A DNA stretch of 64,000 nt from an uncultured delta proteobacterium (GTDB taxonomy: Bacteria; Desulfobacterota; Binatia; Binatales; Binataceae): contig CAWBMF010000004.1 in the NCBI GenBank assembly GCA_963789835.1, positions 128,319 through 192,318 of the forward strand. The letters run 5' to 3'. The notes under the pieces were generated by a model that saw only the letters and a program-made list of their open reading frames with translations, ran no database searches and was not told the origin of the DNA. This document shows positions 40,453 to 49,393 of this stretch, one piece after another; the first letter of the stretch is position 1, and the number at the start of each line of letters is the position of its first letter. The translations under genes and the position numbers were made by a program.

Positions 40453-41522
40453 TAACTCGAAGCGTGCTGCGCTTCCGACTTGTCCAGTCCTTCGATCACT
40501 TTCGACGCGATCGACTTGAACGCCGCGCTGATCGGATGCGCCGGGTTCGCCGCGACCATCGGGCTCGCATTATCGCCGCCCTCGCGCAGCTCGCGCACCA
40601 GCGGCAGCTCGCCGAGGAACGGCACGTTGAGCGACTCGGCCAGCCGCGCGCCACCGCCGTGCGCGAAAATTTCGTGGCGACTGTTGCACTTGCGGCAAAG
40701 GTAATAGCTCATGTTCTCGACCACGCCGAGAACCGGCACGTGCACTTCTTCGAACATCGCGACGCCGCGCTTGACGTCGAGCAGCGCGATCTCCTGCGGC
40801 GTCGTCACGATCACGCCGCCGTCCAGCGCCACCCGCTGCGTAATAGTCAGTTGCGCGTCGCCGGTGCCGGGCGGCAGATCGAGCACCAGGCAGTCCAGCT
40901 CGCCCCATTCGACGTTAAACAGAAATTCCGTTTCGAGCTTGGTGACCATCGGCCCGCGCCAGATGACCGCGGTCTCGTCGTTGATGAACAACGCCATCGA
41001 GATGTAGCGGATGCCGTAGCGCTCGAGCGGGATGATGCGCCGCTCGGGCGTGAGATTCACCGCCTTCTCGACGCCGACCATCATCGCGACGCTGGGCCCA
41101 TACACGTCGGCGTCCATCAGCCCGACGCGCCATCCGAGCGCATGCATCGCGAGCGCGAGATTCACCGCGACCGTCGATTTGCCGACTCCGCCCTTGCCGC
41201 TGGCGACCGCGACGATATGCTTGACGCCGGCGATCGTGCGCGGCTGCGCCATTCCTGCCGCCGCTCTCGGCGCGGCGGGCGCCGGCTGTTCAATCTGAAC
41301 TTTGACCGCGGGCACACCCGGCATCGCCGCGACCGTAGCCTTCACTTCGGCCACAATTTTCTCGACGACTTCGGGTTTCGCCGACGCCATCGCCAGCGAC
41401 ACGGTCACGCCCGCGTACGCTACTTCGATATCCTTGATGATTCCGAACGATACGATGTCGCGGGTGAAGCCGGGGTACTTTACTTTCTTGAGTTCGGCGA
41501 GAATTTCATTTGGACTCGGCAT
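40452..41522 (-). CDS. apbC: Mrp/ApbC/NBP35 iron-sulfur cluster carrier ATPase
   Basis: N-terminal DUF59-like domain, Walker A VASGKGGVGKST, CxxC (CRKC). Confidence 0.9.
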   Translation of the reverse strand: MPSPNEILAELKKVKYPGFTRDIVSFGIIKDIEVAYAGVTVSLAMASAKPEVVEKIVAEVKATVAAMPGVPAVKVQIEQPAPAAPRAAAGMAQPRTIAGVKHIVAVASGKGGVGKSTVAVNLALAMHALGWRVGLMDADVYGPSVAMMVGVEKAVNLTPERRIIPLERYGIRYISMALFINDETAVIWRGPMVTKLETEFLFNVEWGELDCLVLDLPPGTGDAQLTITQRVALDGGVIVTTPQEIALLDVKRGVAMFEEVHVPVLGVVENMSYYLCRKCNSRHEIFAHGGGARLAESLNVPFLGELPLVRELREGGDNASPMVAANPAHPISAAFKSIASKVIEGLDKSEAQHASS

Positions 41523-41649
41523 TGTGCGGATCGGACCTGTCGATGGTTTCGGTTTGGATGCGGCTGCGCTATCAAAGCGCGACGCTCATGTTATCATTCC
41601 GTGACCGCCGGAAAAACGACGGCCGAACGCATCGGGAGTTCAACAATAG

Positions 41650-43532
41650 GTGAGTATACAAGGCGTCACCGTGCCCCACGTCCGCTACAGCGCCACCGGC
41701 GGTGAAGTCGCAGGGGCGGCAGCGCGCGACTTGTCACGGGGACTCGCCATGATGCTCGGATCCGAAGTCGAAGCGTCCGCGGACGTGGCGCTGCCACGGA
41801 CCGAAATCAGAATCGACCTGGGCCGCACGGTCGTTTCCGCACATGCGGCGCCAATCGCCAACGAAGGCGACAGCTTCGACATCTCGCGCGAGGGCGATCC
41901 TGCACGATCGATAGTAATCCGCGCCGCGAGCGAGCGCGGACTGATCCATGCGGCGGCGAGCCTGCTCGAAAAGCTCGGCGCGAAGTTTCCGCCGGGCGTC
42001 GCGGCGTCCTATCCGCGGATCGACCCGGCTCGCCTCGGCGCGCTCGAGCCGTGGCGCGTCACGCCCGCGTTCACGCGCCGCGCGTTCGTCTCCGACATCA
42101 TGACCTGGAACTACAACCTGCCGGACCGTCTCGACTTGCACCTCCGCCACGACCGCGAATTCATCCCGTGGATGGCGCGGCGCGGCGTCAACGCGTTCTC
42201 ATACATCCGCCACGCGCACGACACGCGCCTCAAGATCGACGAAGTTGCGCCACTCCTCCGCGAGCACGGGATAAGCGTCGAGTACGGCGGCCACGTTCTG
42301 CAGCAACTGCTGCCGCGCGATCGTTTTGACGCAGCATCCCGAATATTTCCCGGCCGGCGACGACGGCGTTCGCGCCGCGCGCGGCAATCTGTGCGTGTCC
42401 AATCCCGACGCCGTCGCTCTGGTCAAAGAGGGCGCGCTCGCCTACGTTCACGACCATCCCGAAAACGAGCTGCTGCACATCTGGGGAGCGGACGTCTGGC
42501 GGGGCGCGTGGTGCCAATGCGGCCAATGCCGCGAGCTGCCGCCCCAGATTCAATATATGGATATCGTCAACGCGATCGCCGGGGCGCTCGCCGCCGACCC
42601 CAACGCGCCGCCAATCGCCTATCTCGCGTATCACGACACAATAGAGCCGCATCCCGGCCTGAAGCCGCTCGACAATGTGTGGTTCGAGTGGGCGCCGCGC
42701 GAACGATGCTACAGCCACGCCGATCGACGACCCGGCCTGCGAGATCAATCCGCGCTACTTCGAATCGCTGAAGCGTTACCTCGATATCTTCAACGGCCGC
42801 GGCCACGTCTTCGAATATTACGCCGACGCGATCCTGTTCTGCGGCCTGGGCTTCGCAACTCCCGCGATAGTCGCGTCCGATCTCCGCGCATACCGCCGCC
42901 TGGGTATCACGAGCATTTCGAACCTGACCTTCGGCGCCTACAGCGTGATGGCTTATCCCGCGAACCTCGAAGCATTCGTTCGCGGCTCACGCGCTGTCGG
43001 TTTCGATCCCGCCGCGGCCCTGGATGAAACCGCCGCCGGCCGTCATCCGCAGTGCGCGCCTGAGATGGCCGCCGCTTACCGCGCGGTCGAGCGCGCGTCG
43101 AAGCTGTGCCTCGACTATGCCGATGTCATGCGCCTGGTCATGCCGCCGGAAAAAGCCGCGCGCAAACGCGTCGAGTTGCGAGAAGCCGCGCTCACGTTCA
43201 ACGAGGCGATTGCCGCGGCCGACGAGATCGCGTCGAGCGCGAATACTCGTCTGGCAGAAGCCGAGAAGGATCTCTGGCGCTACAGCAGCGACGTGCTCGC
43301 GGGCCTGTCCGACTATCTCGGCGCGCTCGAACAAACCGGCATCCATCGCCAGGCATGGGGAGCAGCCGCCATCACCAGAATCACGGACGCCATCGGGCGC
43401 ATCCGCGAAATCGATCCCGAAATCAAAGGCACGTGGGGCGCATACGACCTCGAATGGATCCGGGAGCTGTGGCTGCGCGGGCTGCAGCGCGGACTCGATG
43501 GCGCCGCGAAACCGGCGGAGGAGTTGTTCTGA
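41650..43532 (+). pseudogene. DUF4838-like (glycoside-hydrolase-like) protein, split over three reading frames by two +1 frameshifts
   Basis: ORFs 41650.., 42326.. and 42675..43532 occupy successive frames. The GADVWRGAWCQCGQC-type cysteine motif and flanking conservation span the junctions (~42330 and ~42710-42740). The stop overlaps the start of the acyl-CoA dehydrogenase (ATGA). Confidence 0.5.
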
Positions 43533-44695
43533 TGGACACCGACAACGGATTCGTACTGTCGCCGGAACTGCGCGAGCTTCGCAGTCAAGTCGGAAGAATA
43601 ATCCGCGAGGAAATTATTCCGATCGAAGCGCGATGCGATCCCGACGCGCCGGAAATCCCCGAAGAAGACTACTGGCGGATAGCGCGCAAGAATCAAGCAG
43701 CCGGCTTGTGGTGCATGGGTGCGCCGCGCGAGTACGGCGGCGGCGGTCTCGGCACCTTCGACATGTGCGTGCTGACCGAGGAAATGGCGCAGCATCGCAT
43801 GGGACTCTACAACCCTGGCTGCGGCGTGTTCGGGCGCACACCGCCGCCAGTGATTTACGCGGGCAATGACGAACAGAAGCGCACGTATGCGGGCGGCACG
43901 ATCAAGAATGCGTGGCACACCTTCTTTGCGATCACCGAACCGTCGGGCGGCTCCGACCCTGCCGGCGCAATTCAGTGCAAGGCGGTTCGCCAGGGCGATA
44001 CCTACGTGCTTAACGGCACCAAGATTTTTATTTCGCACGCGCACGAGGCGGAGTGGGGCGTCGTCTTCACGCGCACCGACGCCAAGGCCGGCCGCAAGGG
44101 CATCACCTGCTTCATAATCAAGAAGGGCACGCCGGGATTTACGCCGCGGCCGATTCGAACGCTACGCACGTCGGCGGTGCCCAATGAAGTTCAGTTCGAG
44201 GATTGTATTGTTCCGATCGAGCAGCGGCTGGGTCCCGAGGGCGAGGGCTTGAACCTGTGCCTCGATCTGCTGACGCGCCTGCGCTTTCCGTATTCGGCAT
44301 GCAACGTCGGAGTGGGAGTGGCCGCGCTCAGGATGGCGATCGATCACGCCAAGCAGCGCAGCACGTTCGGCGAGCTGCTCTCGAAGCGGCAGGCTATCCA
44401 GTGGATGCTCGCGGATTCGGAGGTCGAGCTGCGCGCCGCGCGATGGCTGACGTGGGAAGGGGCGTGGAAGGCCGACCGCGGTGAGGATTTCCGCACCGAG
44501 GCGTCGATCGCGAAGCTCTATTCGAGCGAGGTACTCGGCCGCGTGATCGATCGCGCCGTGCAGATCCACGGCGGCTACGGCGTCAGCAAGGAATTTCCAA
44601 TCGAGCGCTGGTACCGCGAGGCGCGAATTCGCCGAATCGGCGAAGGCCCCAGCGAAGTGCATCGGATGGTAATCGCGCGCTCGCTGCTGCGATGA
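43532..44695 (+). CDS. acyl-CoA dehydrogenase family protein
   Basis: 388 aa starting MDTDNGFVL. FAD/substrate motifs (..FAITEPSGGSDPAG..; C-terminal ..YEGPSEV.. pattern ..IGEGPSEVHR). Confidence 0.85.
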   Translation: MDTDNGFVLSPELRELRSQVGRIIREEIIPIEARCDPDAPEIPEEDYWRIARKNQAAGLWCMGAPREYGGGGLGTFDMCVLTEEMAQHRMGLYNPGCGVFGRTPPPVIYAGNDEQKRTYAGGTIKNAWHTFFAITEPSGGSDPAGAIQCKAVRQGDTYVLNGTKIFISHAHEAEWGVVFTRTDAKAGRKGITCFIIKKGTPGFTPRPIRTLRTSAVPNEVQFEDCIVPIEQRLGPEGEGLNLCLDLLTRLRFPYSACNVGVGVAALRMAIDHAKQRSTFGELLSKRQAIQWMLADSEVELRAARWLTWEGAWKADRGEDFRTEASIAKLYSSEVLGRVIDRAVQIHGGYGVSKEFPIERWYREARIRRIGEGPSEVHRMVIARSLLR

Positions 44696-45891
44696 AGGAT
44701 CAATCGATGAGTCTGCCGCTGGATGGAATCCGCGTGATCGATCTCGGACAGGTGTACGCGGCGCCGTATTGCACCCTGCAACTCGCAGCGATGGGCGCCG
44801 ACGTCGTCAAGATCGAACCACCCGTCACCGGCGAAGTGCTGCGGCGGCCGGAGCTGCCGCCGGGCGGCGCGGGCTACTCGTTCCTGATGCTCAACGCCAA
44901 CAAGCGCTCGGTGACGATCAATCTGAAACAGCGGCGCGGGCAGGAAATCGTGCTCAAGCTGCTCGAAGACGCCGACGTGCTGGTCGAGAATTATCTCGAC
45001 GGCGTGATGGAGTCGTTCGGGCTCGGCTACGATCAGATTGCCGCGCGATTCCCGCGGCTGATTTATGCGTCGGGCAAAGGCTACGGCTCGGACAGCCGCT
45101 ACGCGAAGCTCGGCTCGATGGACAACACCATCCAGGCGTCGTCGGGATTCATCAGTATCACCGGCTTCCCCGACCGCGCCGTGAAAACGTCGGCGACATT
45201 TATCGACATGGGTACCGGCAGTCATCTGGTGAGCGGGATTCTGGCCGCGCTGATACATCGCGGGAAAACGGGACGCGGACAGCATGTCGAGGTCGCGATG
45301 CTCGACGTGGCGATTCCCGCGCTGACCAGTGCCGTCGCGCCCGCGCTGCAAGGGATGAAGTTCAAGCGGCTGGGGAATCGTCACTGGGGCGCGTGCCCGA
45401 CTAATGTTTATCCCGCGCGCGACGGCGAGATTCTTATCTTCTGCCTCACGGAAGCGCATTGGCGAACGCTCGCGAAATTGATGGACCGCGAAGAGCTGAT
45501 CGCGGATCCCCGATGCAAAAATCATGGCGCGCGGTTGAAGATTGCCGACGAACTCGACGCGATGGTTTCCGAGTGGACCAGTGCGCAGGCGCGCGACGCG
45601 ATGGTCGAGGGATTGATCGAGGCGGGAATTCCTTGCGCGCCAGTGCGCACCGTCGAGGAAGTGATCGCCGATCCCGAAACCGCCCAACGTCGGACGCTGA
45701 TCGACAGCGACTACCCGACCCGCGGCAGGATTCGCGTCGCCGGAACTCCGATCAAGCTGTCCGCCGCGCGCGACGGCGACCGGCCGATGAGAAGGCCGCC
45801 CGAGCTTGGAGAGCATAACGCCGAAGTGCTGGGCGCGATCGGAATCGGCGCGGACGAACTCGAACGCCTCAAGCGCGACGGAGTCGTCTGA
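44692..45891 (+). CDS. CoA-transferase family III (CaiB/BaiF-like)
   Basis: GIRVIDLGQVYAAPYCTLQLAAMGADVVKIEPP N-terminus. Catalytic Asp region (..LDVAIP..). Confidence 0.85.
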   Translation: MKDQSMSLPLDGIRVIDLGQVYAAPYCTLQLAAMGADVVKIEPPVTGEVLRRPELPPGGAGYSFLMLNANKRSVTINLKQRRGQEIVLKLLEDADVLVENYLDGVMESFGLGYDQIAARFPRLIYASGKGYGSDSRYAKLGSMDNTIQASSGFISITGFPDRAVKTSATFIDMGTGSHLVSGILAALIHRGKTGRGQHVEVAMLDVAIPALTSAVAPALQGMKFKRLGNRHWGACPTNVYPARDGEILIFCLTEAHWRTLAKLMDREELIADPRCKNHGARLKIADELDAMVSEWTSAQARDAMVEGLIEAGIPCAPVRTVEEVIADPETAQRRTLIDSDYPTRGRIRVAGTPIKLSAARDGDRPMRRPPELGEHNAEVLGAIGIGADELERLKRDGVV

Positions 45892-45895
45892 GCGG

Positions 45896-46552
45896 ATGCG
45901 GGCAGTATCGTTGGCGGCGTTCGCGCTCGTGATGTCGAACGTACTAGTCGCGTGCGAGACGCAATCGACTTACTATCCGCTGAACCAGACCGGGACTCCG
46001 GCTGAAGTTGGGACTCGGGCGCTCGTGCTGTCGAATTCGGAGTTCGCGGCCGACATGGTCACGCCCCTGGGGATTCGCGTCAAGACCAACGGCCAGTACA
46101 AGACCGACGCCTCGCGGAAGACCGTCGCGCTGGCGATCGACCGCTACTGGAACGAGGTTCGCACTTGCGCGACCGGCGCCGAGCCGCCGAGCGACACCGA
46201 CGTGCGCGATCTGATCGACGAATTCCCGCGTTACCTGGCCGTTGAGATTGCGAACAACTGGAAGGTGGTCGAAGGCCCGACGACGCATCGCAGGATGCAG
46301 GCGTTTCCGTCGGTCGCGCATCCGGGGTCGTGGTCGACGGCACGCCGCCGCGAGGACGCGCTTCAGATAGTAGTGGTGCCGGAGTTGAATGGGCTCGGCC
46401 CGCAAATGGTCAATGAGCTGAACTTGTGGCTCAACAAGAATGCGAACGTGCCGCCGACGGTGGATTTGGTCAGTGCGTGCGCATCGGTGGCATGCGTGAG
46501 ATTCAACTACGACAATGCGCCGTCGCAGGCGTGGAGTCAGTGCGTCGAGTAG
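45896..46552 (+). CDS. hypothetical lipoprotein
   Basis: Internal Met MRAVSLAAFALVMSNVLVAC (lipobox) 5 nt after the upstream stop. No family. Confidence 0.5.
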   Translation: MRAVSLAAFALVMSNVLVACETQSTYYPLNQTGTPAEVGTRALVLSNSEFAADMVTPLGIRVKTNGQYKTDASRKTVALAIDRYWNEVRTCATGAEPPSDTDVRDLIDEFPRYLAVEIANNWKVVEGPTTHRRMQAFPSVAHPGSWSTARRREDALQIVVVPELNGLGPQMVNELNLWLNKNANVPPTVDLVSACASVACVRFNYDNAPSQAWSQCVE

Positions 46553-46655
46553 GGGAAGGGTAGGGGTCCTGAACGATCGTTCTGGAGGGTTTTGAGTCTC
46601 GCTCGGCCCGTGGTAATTAGAGGTTTAGGGGAATTTCAAACAGGGAGGCTCTGCC

Positions 46656-47225
46656 ATGAAGCGCACGGGTGTCCATCATTTGGGGCTGGCTACTCTCGAT
46701 ATCGATCGCACGATCGAGTTCTACACCACCAAGCTGGGATGGGAGGTCGCGTGGGCGGACATTCTCGAGCCGGCTGAAGGCGGGAAGATCAAGCACGTAT
46801 TCCTGAACACCGGCGACGGCAGCCTGGTCGCGTTCATGTGTCCCGAACAGGTGCCGGGCATGCCGACGGAGTGGGCCACCGATATCAACAGCGCGCAGGG
46901 ACTGCCGGGCGCGTTCTACCATTTCGCGTTCCATTGCGATGACGTGCCGGAACTCGAGGCCAAGCGCGAAGAACTGATCGGAAAGGGCGTCGATGTGACG
47001 CCGGTGGTCGATCACGAATGGTGCCGCTCGATCTACTTCCGCGATCCCAACGGGCTGCTGCTCGAATATTGCACGACGGTCCGCGCGTTCACTGAAGAAG
47101 ACAAGGTGATGAGGCATCACGTTCAGCCCGGCCCGATGGTGACCGACCCGGCCGATGCGAAGAAGGTTTATCAGATGCTGAAGGGGCCGCAGTCGTCGCC
47201 GAAGCTGAATCGCACGCCCGTTTGA
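46656..47225 (+). CDS. VOC family protein (glyoxalase/bleomycin-resistance/extradiol dioxygenase fold)
   Basis: 189 aa. VHHLGLATLDIDRTIEFY N-terminal beta-alpha-beta-beta-beta module. Confidence 0.7.
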   Translation: MKRTGVHHLGLATLDIDRTIEFYTTKLGWEVAWADILEPAEGGKIKHVFLNTGDGSLVAFMCPEQVPGMPTEWATDINSAQGLPGAFYHFAFHCDDVPELEAKREELIGKGVDVTPVVDHEWCRSIYFRDPNGLLLEYCTTVRAFTEEDKVMRHHVQPGPMVTDPADAKKVYQMLKGPQSSPKLNRTPV

Positions 47226-47254
47226 ATGAGACGCGCGGCGGAATAAGAACTCGA

Positions 47255-47288
47255 AGAGCGGCCGGCATTCGGCCGCTTTTCATTTTGC
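47255..47288 (+). terminator. rho-independent terminator after VOC gene
   Basis: AGCGGCCG-gcattc-GGCCGCT stem followed by TTTTCATTTT. Confidence 0.6.
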
Positions 47289-47333
47289 CTCGACTGATGC
47301 AATTCTCCACAGACTAATTCGCAGCAGGAGTTT

Positions 47334-48020
47334 TTGACGATGGCAGAGATAGGACTTTTCGACGCGATTTATTCGGCCCGATCGCTCAGGCGCTTCAAGC
47401 CCGACCCGGTGCCCGACGACGTAATCACCAAGGTGCTCGACGCGGCCATTCGCGCGCCGTCGGGCAGCAATCAGCAGAGCTGGGAATTCGTGGTCATCAA
47501 GGACGCGGCGCAGCGCAAGAAGATCGGCGCCGTGTATCAGAAGGGTGGCGCGATTTTGAAGGCGTTGTACACCGATCGCGTCAAGCCCGAGCACATGGCC
47601 GAAGACACCTACAACAAGCTGATGGCGTCGGCGTACTACCTGATCGATCACATGGCCGACGCGCCGGTGTTGTTGATTGCATGCCTGAAGCAGGTGCCGA
47701 TGACCGGAGCGCCGCCCAAGCTGCCGCCCGAGGTAGCAGCCGCGATGAAGAGCCAGGCGCGGATCTCCGGCTCGAGCATCTATCCCGCCGTGCAGAATAT
47801 TATTCTCGCGTGCCGCGGACTTGGCCTCGGCACGGTGCTCACTACTATTCACACGTTCTTCGAGGACGAGGTGAAGGCGATACTGGGCCTGCCGCCCGAA
47901 GTGATCACGTATGCGCTGATGCCGATTGGTTATCCGCAGGGAAAGTTCGGCCCGATCAAGCGCCGCCCGGTGAGCGAGGTCGCATACCTGGACCACTACG
48001 GCAATCATTGGAAGGGTTGA
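47334..48020 (+). CDS. nitroreductase family protein
   Basis: ..RRFKPDPVPDDVITKVLDAAIRAPSGSNQQSWEFVVI.. canonical nitroreductase N-terminus. Confidence 0.85.
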   Translation: MTMAEIGLFDAIYSARSLRRFKPDPVPDDVITKVLDAAIRAPSGSNQQSWEFVVIKDAAQRKKIGAVYQKGGAILKALYTDRVKPEHMAEDTYNKLMASAYYLIDHMADAPVLLIACLKQVPMTGAPPKLPPEVAAAMKSQARISGSSIYPAVQNIILACRGLGLGTVLTTIHTFFEDEVKAILGLPPEVITYALMPIGYPQGKFGPIKRRPVSEVAYLDHYGNHWKG

Positions 48021-48033
48021 GCGCGGCGCGTTA

Positions 48034-48501
48034 TCAGTCGGGCTCCTTCTTCAGATCTTCGGTGACTCTGCCGGCCAGGTGGCGGACCTGGTCGTGCTGC
48101 GAGAGTAGCGTCGCGAGCACGGCCGGGTCGGATTTGCCGCTGAGCCGGTACTCGTCGGCGGCGTGCGCGAATTTTTCGTAGGCGTTCAGCAGCTTGACGA
48201 AATCGCGATGCGACGGGCGCGACGATTCGCGCGGCGTCGCGGATGAAAACGCATTGGCCTTGTTGAAGGCGTAGTAGAATTCGCCCATCTCCTCGGACGA
48301 CAACTGGCGATCGTCGAGCTTGAAATAAGTGCGGCAGTAGTCGGTGAGCTTGTCGGACATATCGGACAGCAACGACACATTAGCCGCCATCGTGCGCCGG
48401 TAGTCGGAAGAATAGCAGGCGGCGGCCGTGGTGATGGCGGCGGCAAGCGCGAGAAAAAAGACGGGCCGGCGCAGACCGGCCCGCCGAAGTGATTTCAACA
48501 A
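48034..48501 (-). CDS. hypothetical lipoprotein
   Basis: Signal/lipobox ..LALAAAITTAAAC. 155 aa, no family. Confidence 0.5.
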   Translation of the reverse strand: MLKSLRRAGLRRPVFFLALAAAITTAAACYSSDYRRTMAANVSLLSDMSDKLTDYCRTYFKLDDRQLSSEEMGEFYYAFNKANAFSSATPRESSRPSHRDFVKLLNAYEKFAHAADEYRLSGKSDPAVLATLLSQHDQVRHLAGRVTEDLKKEPD

Positions 48502-48518
48502 AAAGCGACCGCGCCTCT

Positions 48519-49244
48519 TCAGCCGAGATACTCTTTAAAGAACGCGATCGTCCGGGCCCACGCCTCCTTCGAATGCACAGGATGGAACGACGGGCGGTCG
48601 TCGCACATGAAGCCGTGGTCGGCGTCGGGGTAGAAGACGACCTCGGCCGGCTTGCCGGCTTTTTTCAGGGCGTCGCGAAATTCGTCGACTTCGGTGATTG
48701 GAATGAACGCGTCCTTGCCGCCGAAGAACGCCAGCACGGGCGCATTGAGGCCGTTGACGTAGTCGATTGGAGCCTTCGCGCCGGGCTGCGAAGATTTCAT
48801 GATCCTGCCGCCATAGTACGGCGCGGTGGCTCTGACAGCCGGATTGCGGCATGCGGTTAGAAAGGCGATGCGTCCACCCATGCAGAATCCGACGGTGCCG
48901 AACGCGGGCTTCACTTCCTTCAAGGCCTTGAGGTGATCGATCGCCGCGCCCATGTCGGCGACGACTTGATCGTCGCTGACCGAGCCCATCAGGCGAAAGG
49001 CGCCGGGCAGATCGTTGTAGCCGACGACGTTGTTGGGTTGGCGAAAATACAGGTTCGGCGCAATCGCGACGAAACCCTCGGACGCGAATTGATTGGTGAT
49101 GCGGCGGATTTGATCGTTGAGGCCGAACGCCTCCATCACGACGATGAGCCCGGGATACGGACCGCCGGACGCGGGGCGCGCGAGATGCGCGGGCATCTTC
49201 TCGGCGCCGGTGCCGACGGATACTTCATTTGAAACGACTTCCAT
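48519..49244 (-). CDS. dienelactone hydrolase family protein
   Basis: 241 aa. FCMGG nucleophile motif, C-terminal ..DADHGF.. His. Confidence 0.8.
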   Translation of the reverse strand: MEVVSNEVSVGTGAEKMPAHLARPASGGPYPGLIVVMEAFGLNDQIRRITNQFASEGFVAIAPNLYFRQPNNVVGYNDLPGAFRLMGSVSDDQVVADMGAAIDHLKALKEVKPAFGTVGFCMGGRIAFLTACRNPAVRATAPYYGGRIMKSSQPGAKAPIDYVNGLNAPVLAFFGGKDAFIPITEVDEFRDALKKAGKPAEVVFYPDADHGFMCDDRPSFHPVHSKEAWARTIAFFKEYLG

Positions 49245-49393
49245 GATTGAAACCTCCTTGCCAAAGATTCGCGCCGTTGACGAACGGCTTGCGATCCAGG
49301 ATCGCGCCTTACAACGTCAGCGATCCATCGATCCTTCTCGCATACAACGAGGTCCGGCTCAAGCGAGAAAATGTTAAGGAGGCGGCGCGTCGT

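Noticed and set aside
42326-43532. Treating 42326..43027 and 42675..43532 as two separate overlapping genes
   Set aside because: Conserved sequence continues across both frame junctions and the frames advance +1 each time. One gene with indels is more parsimonious.
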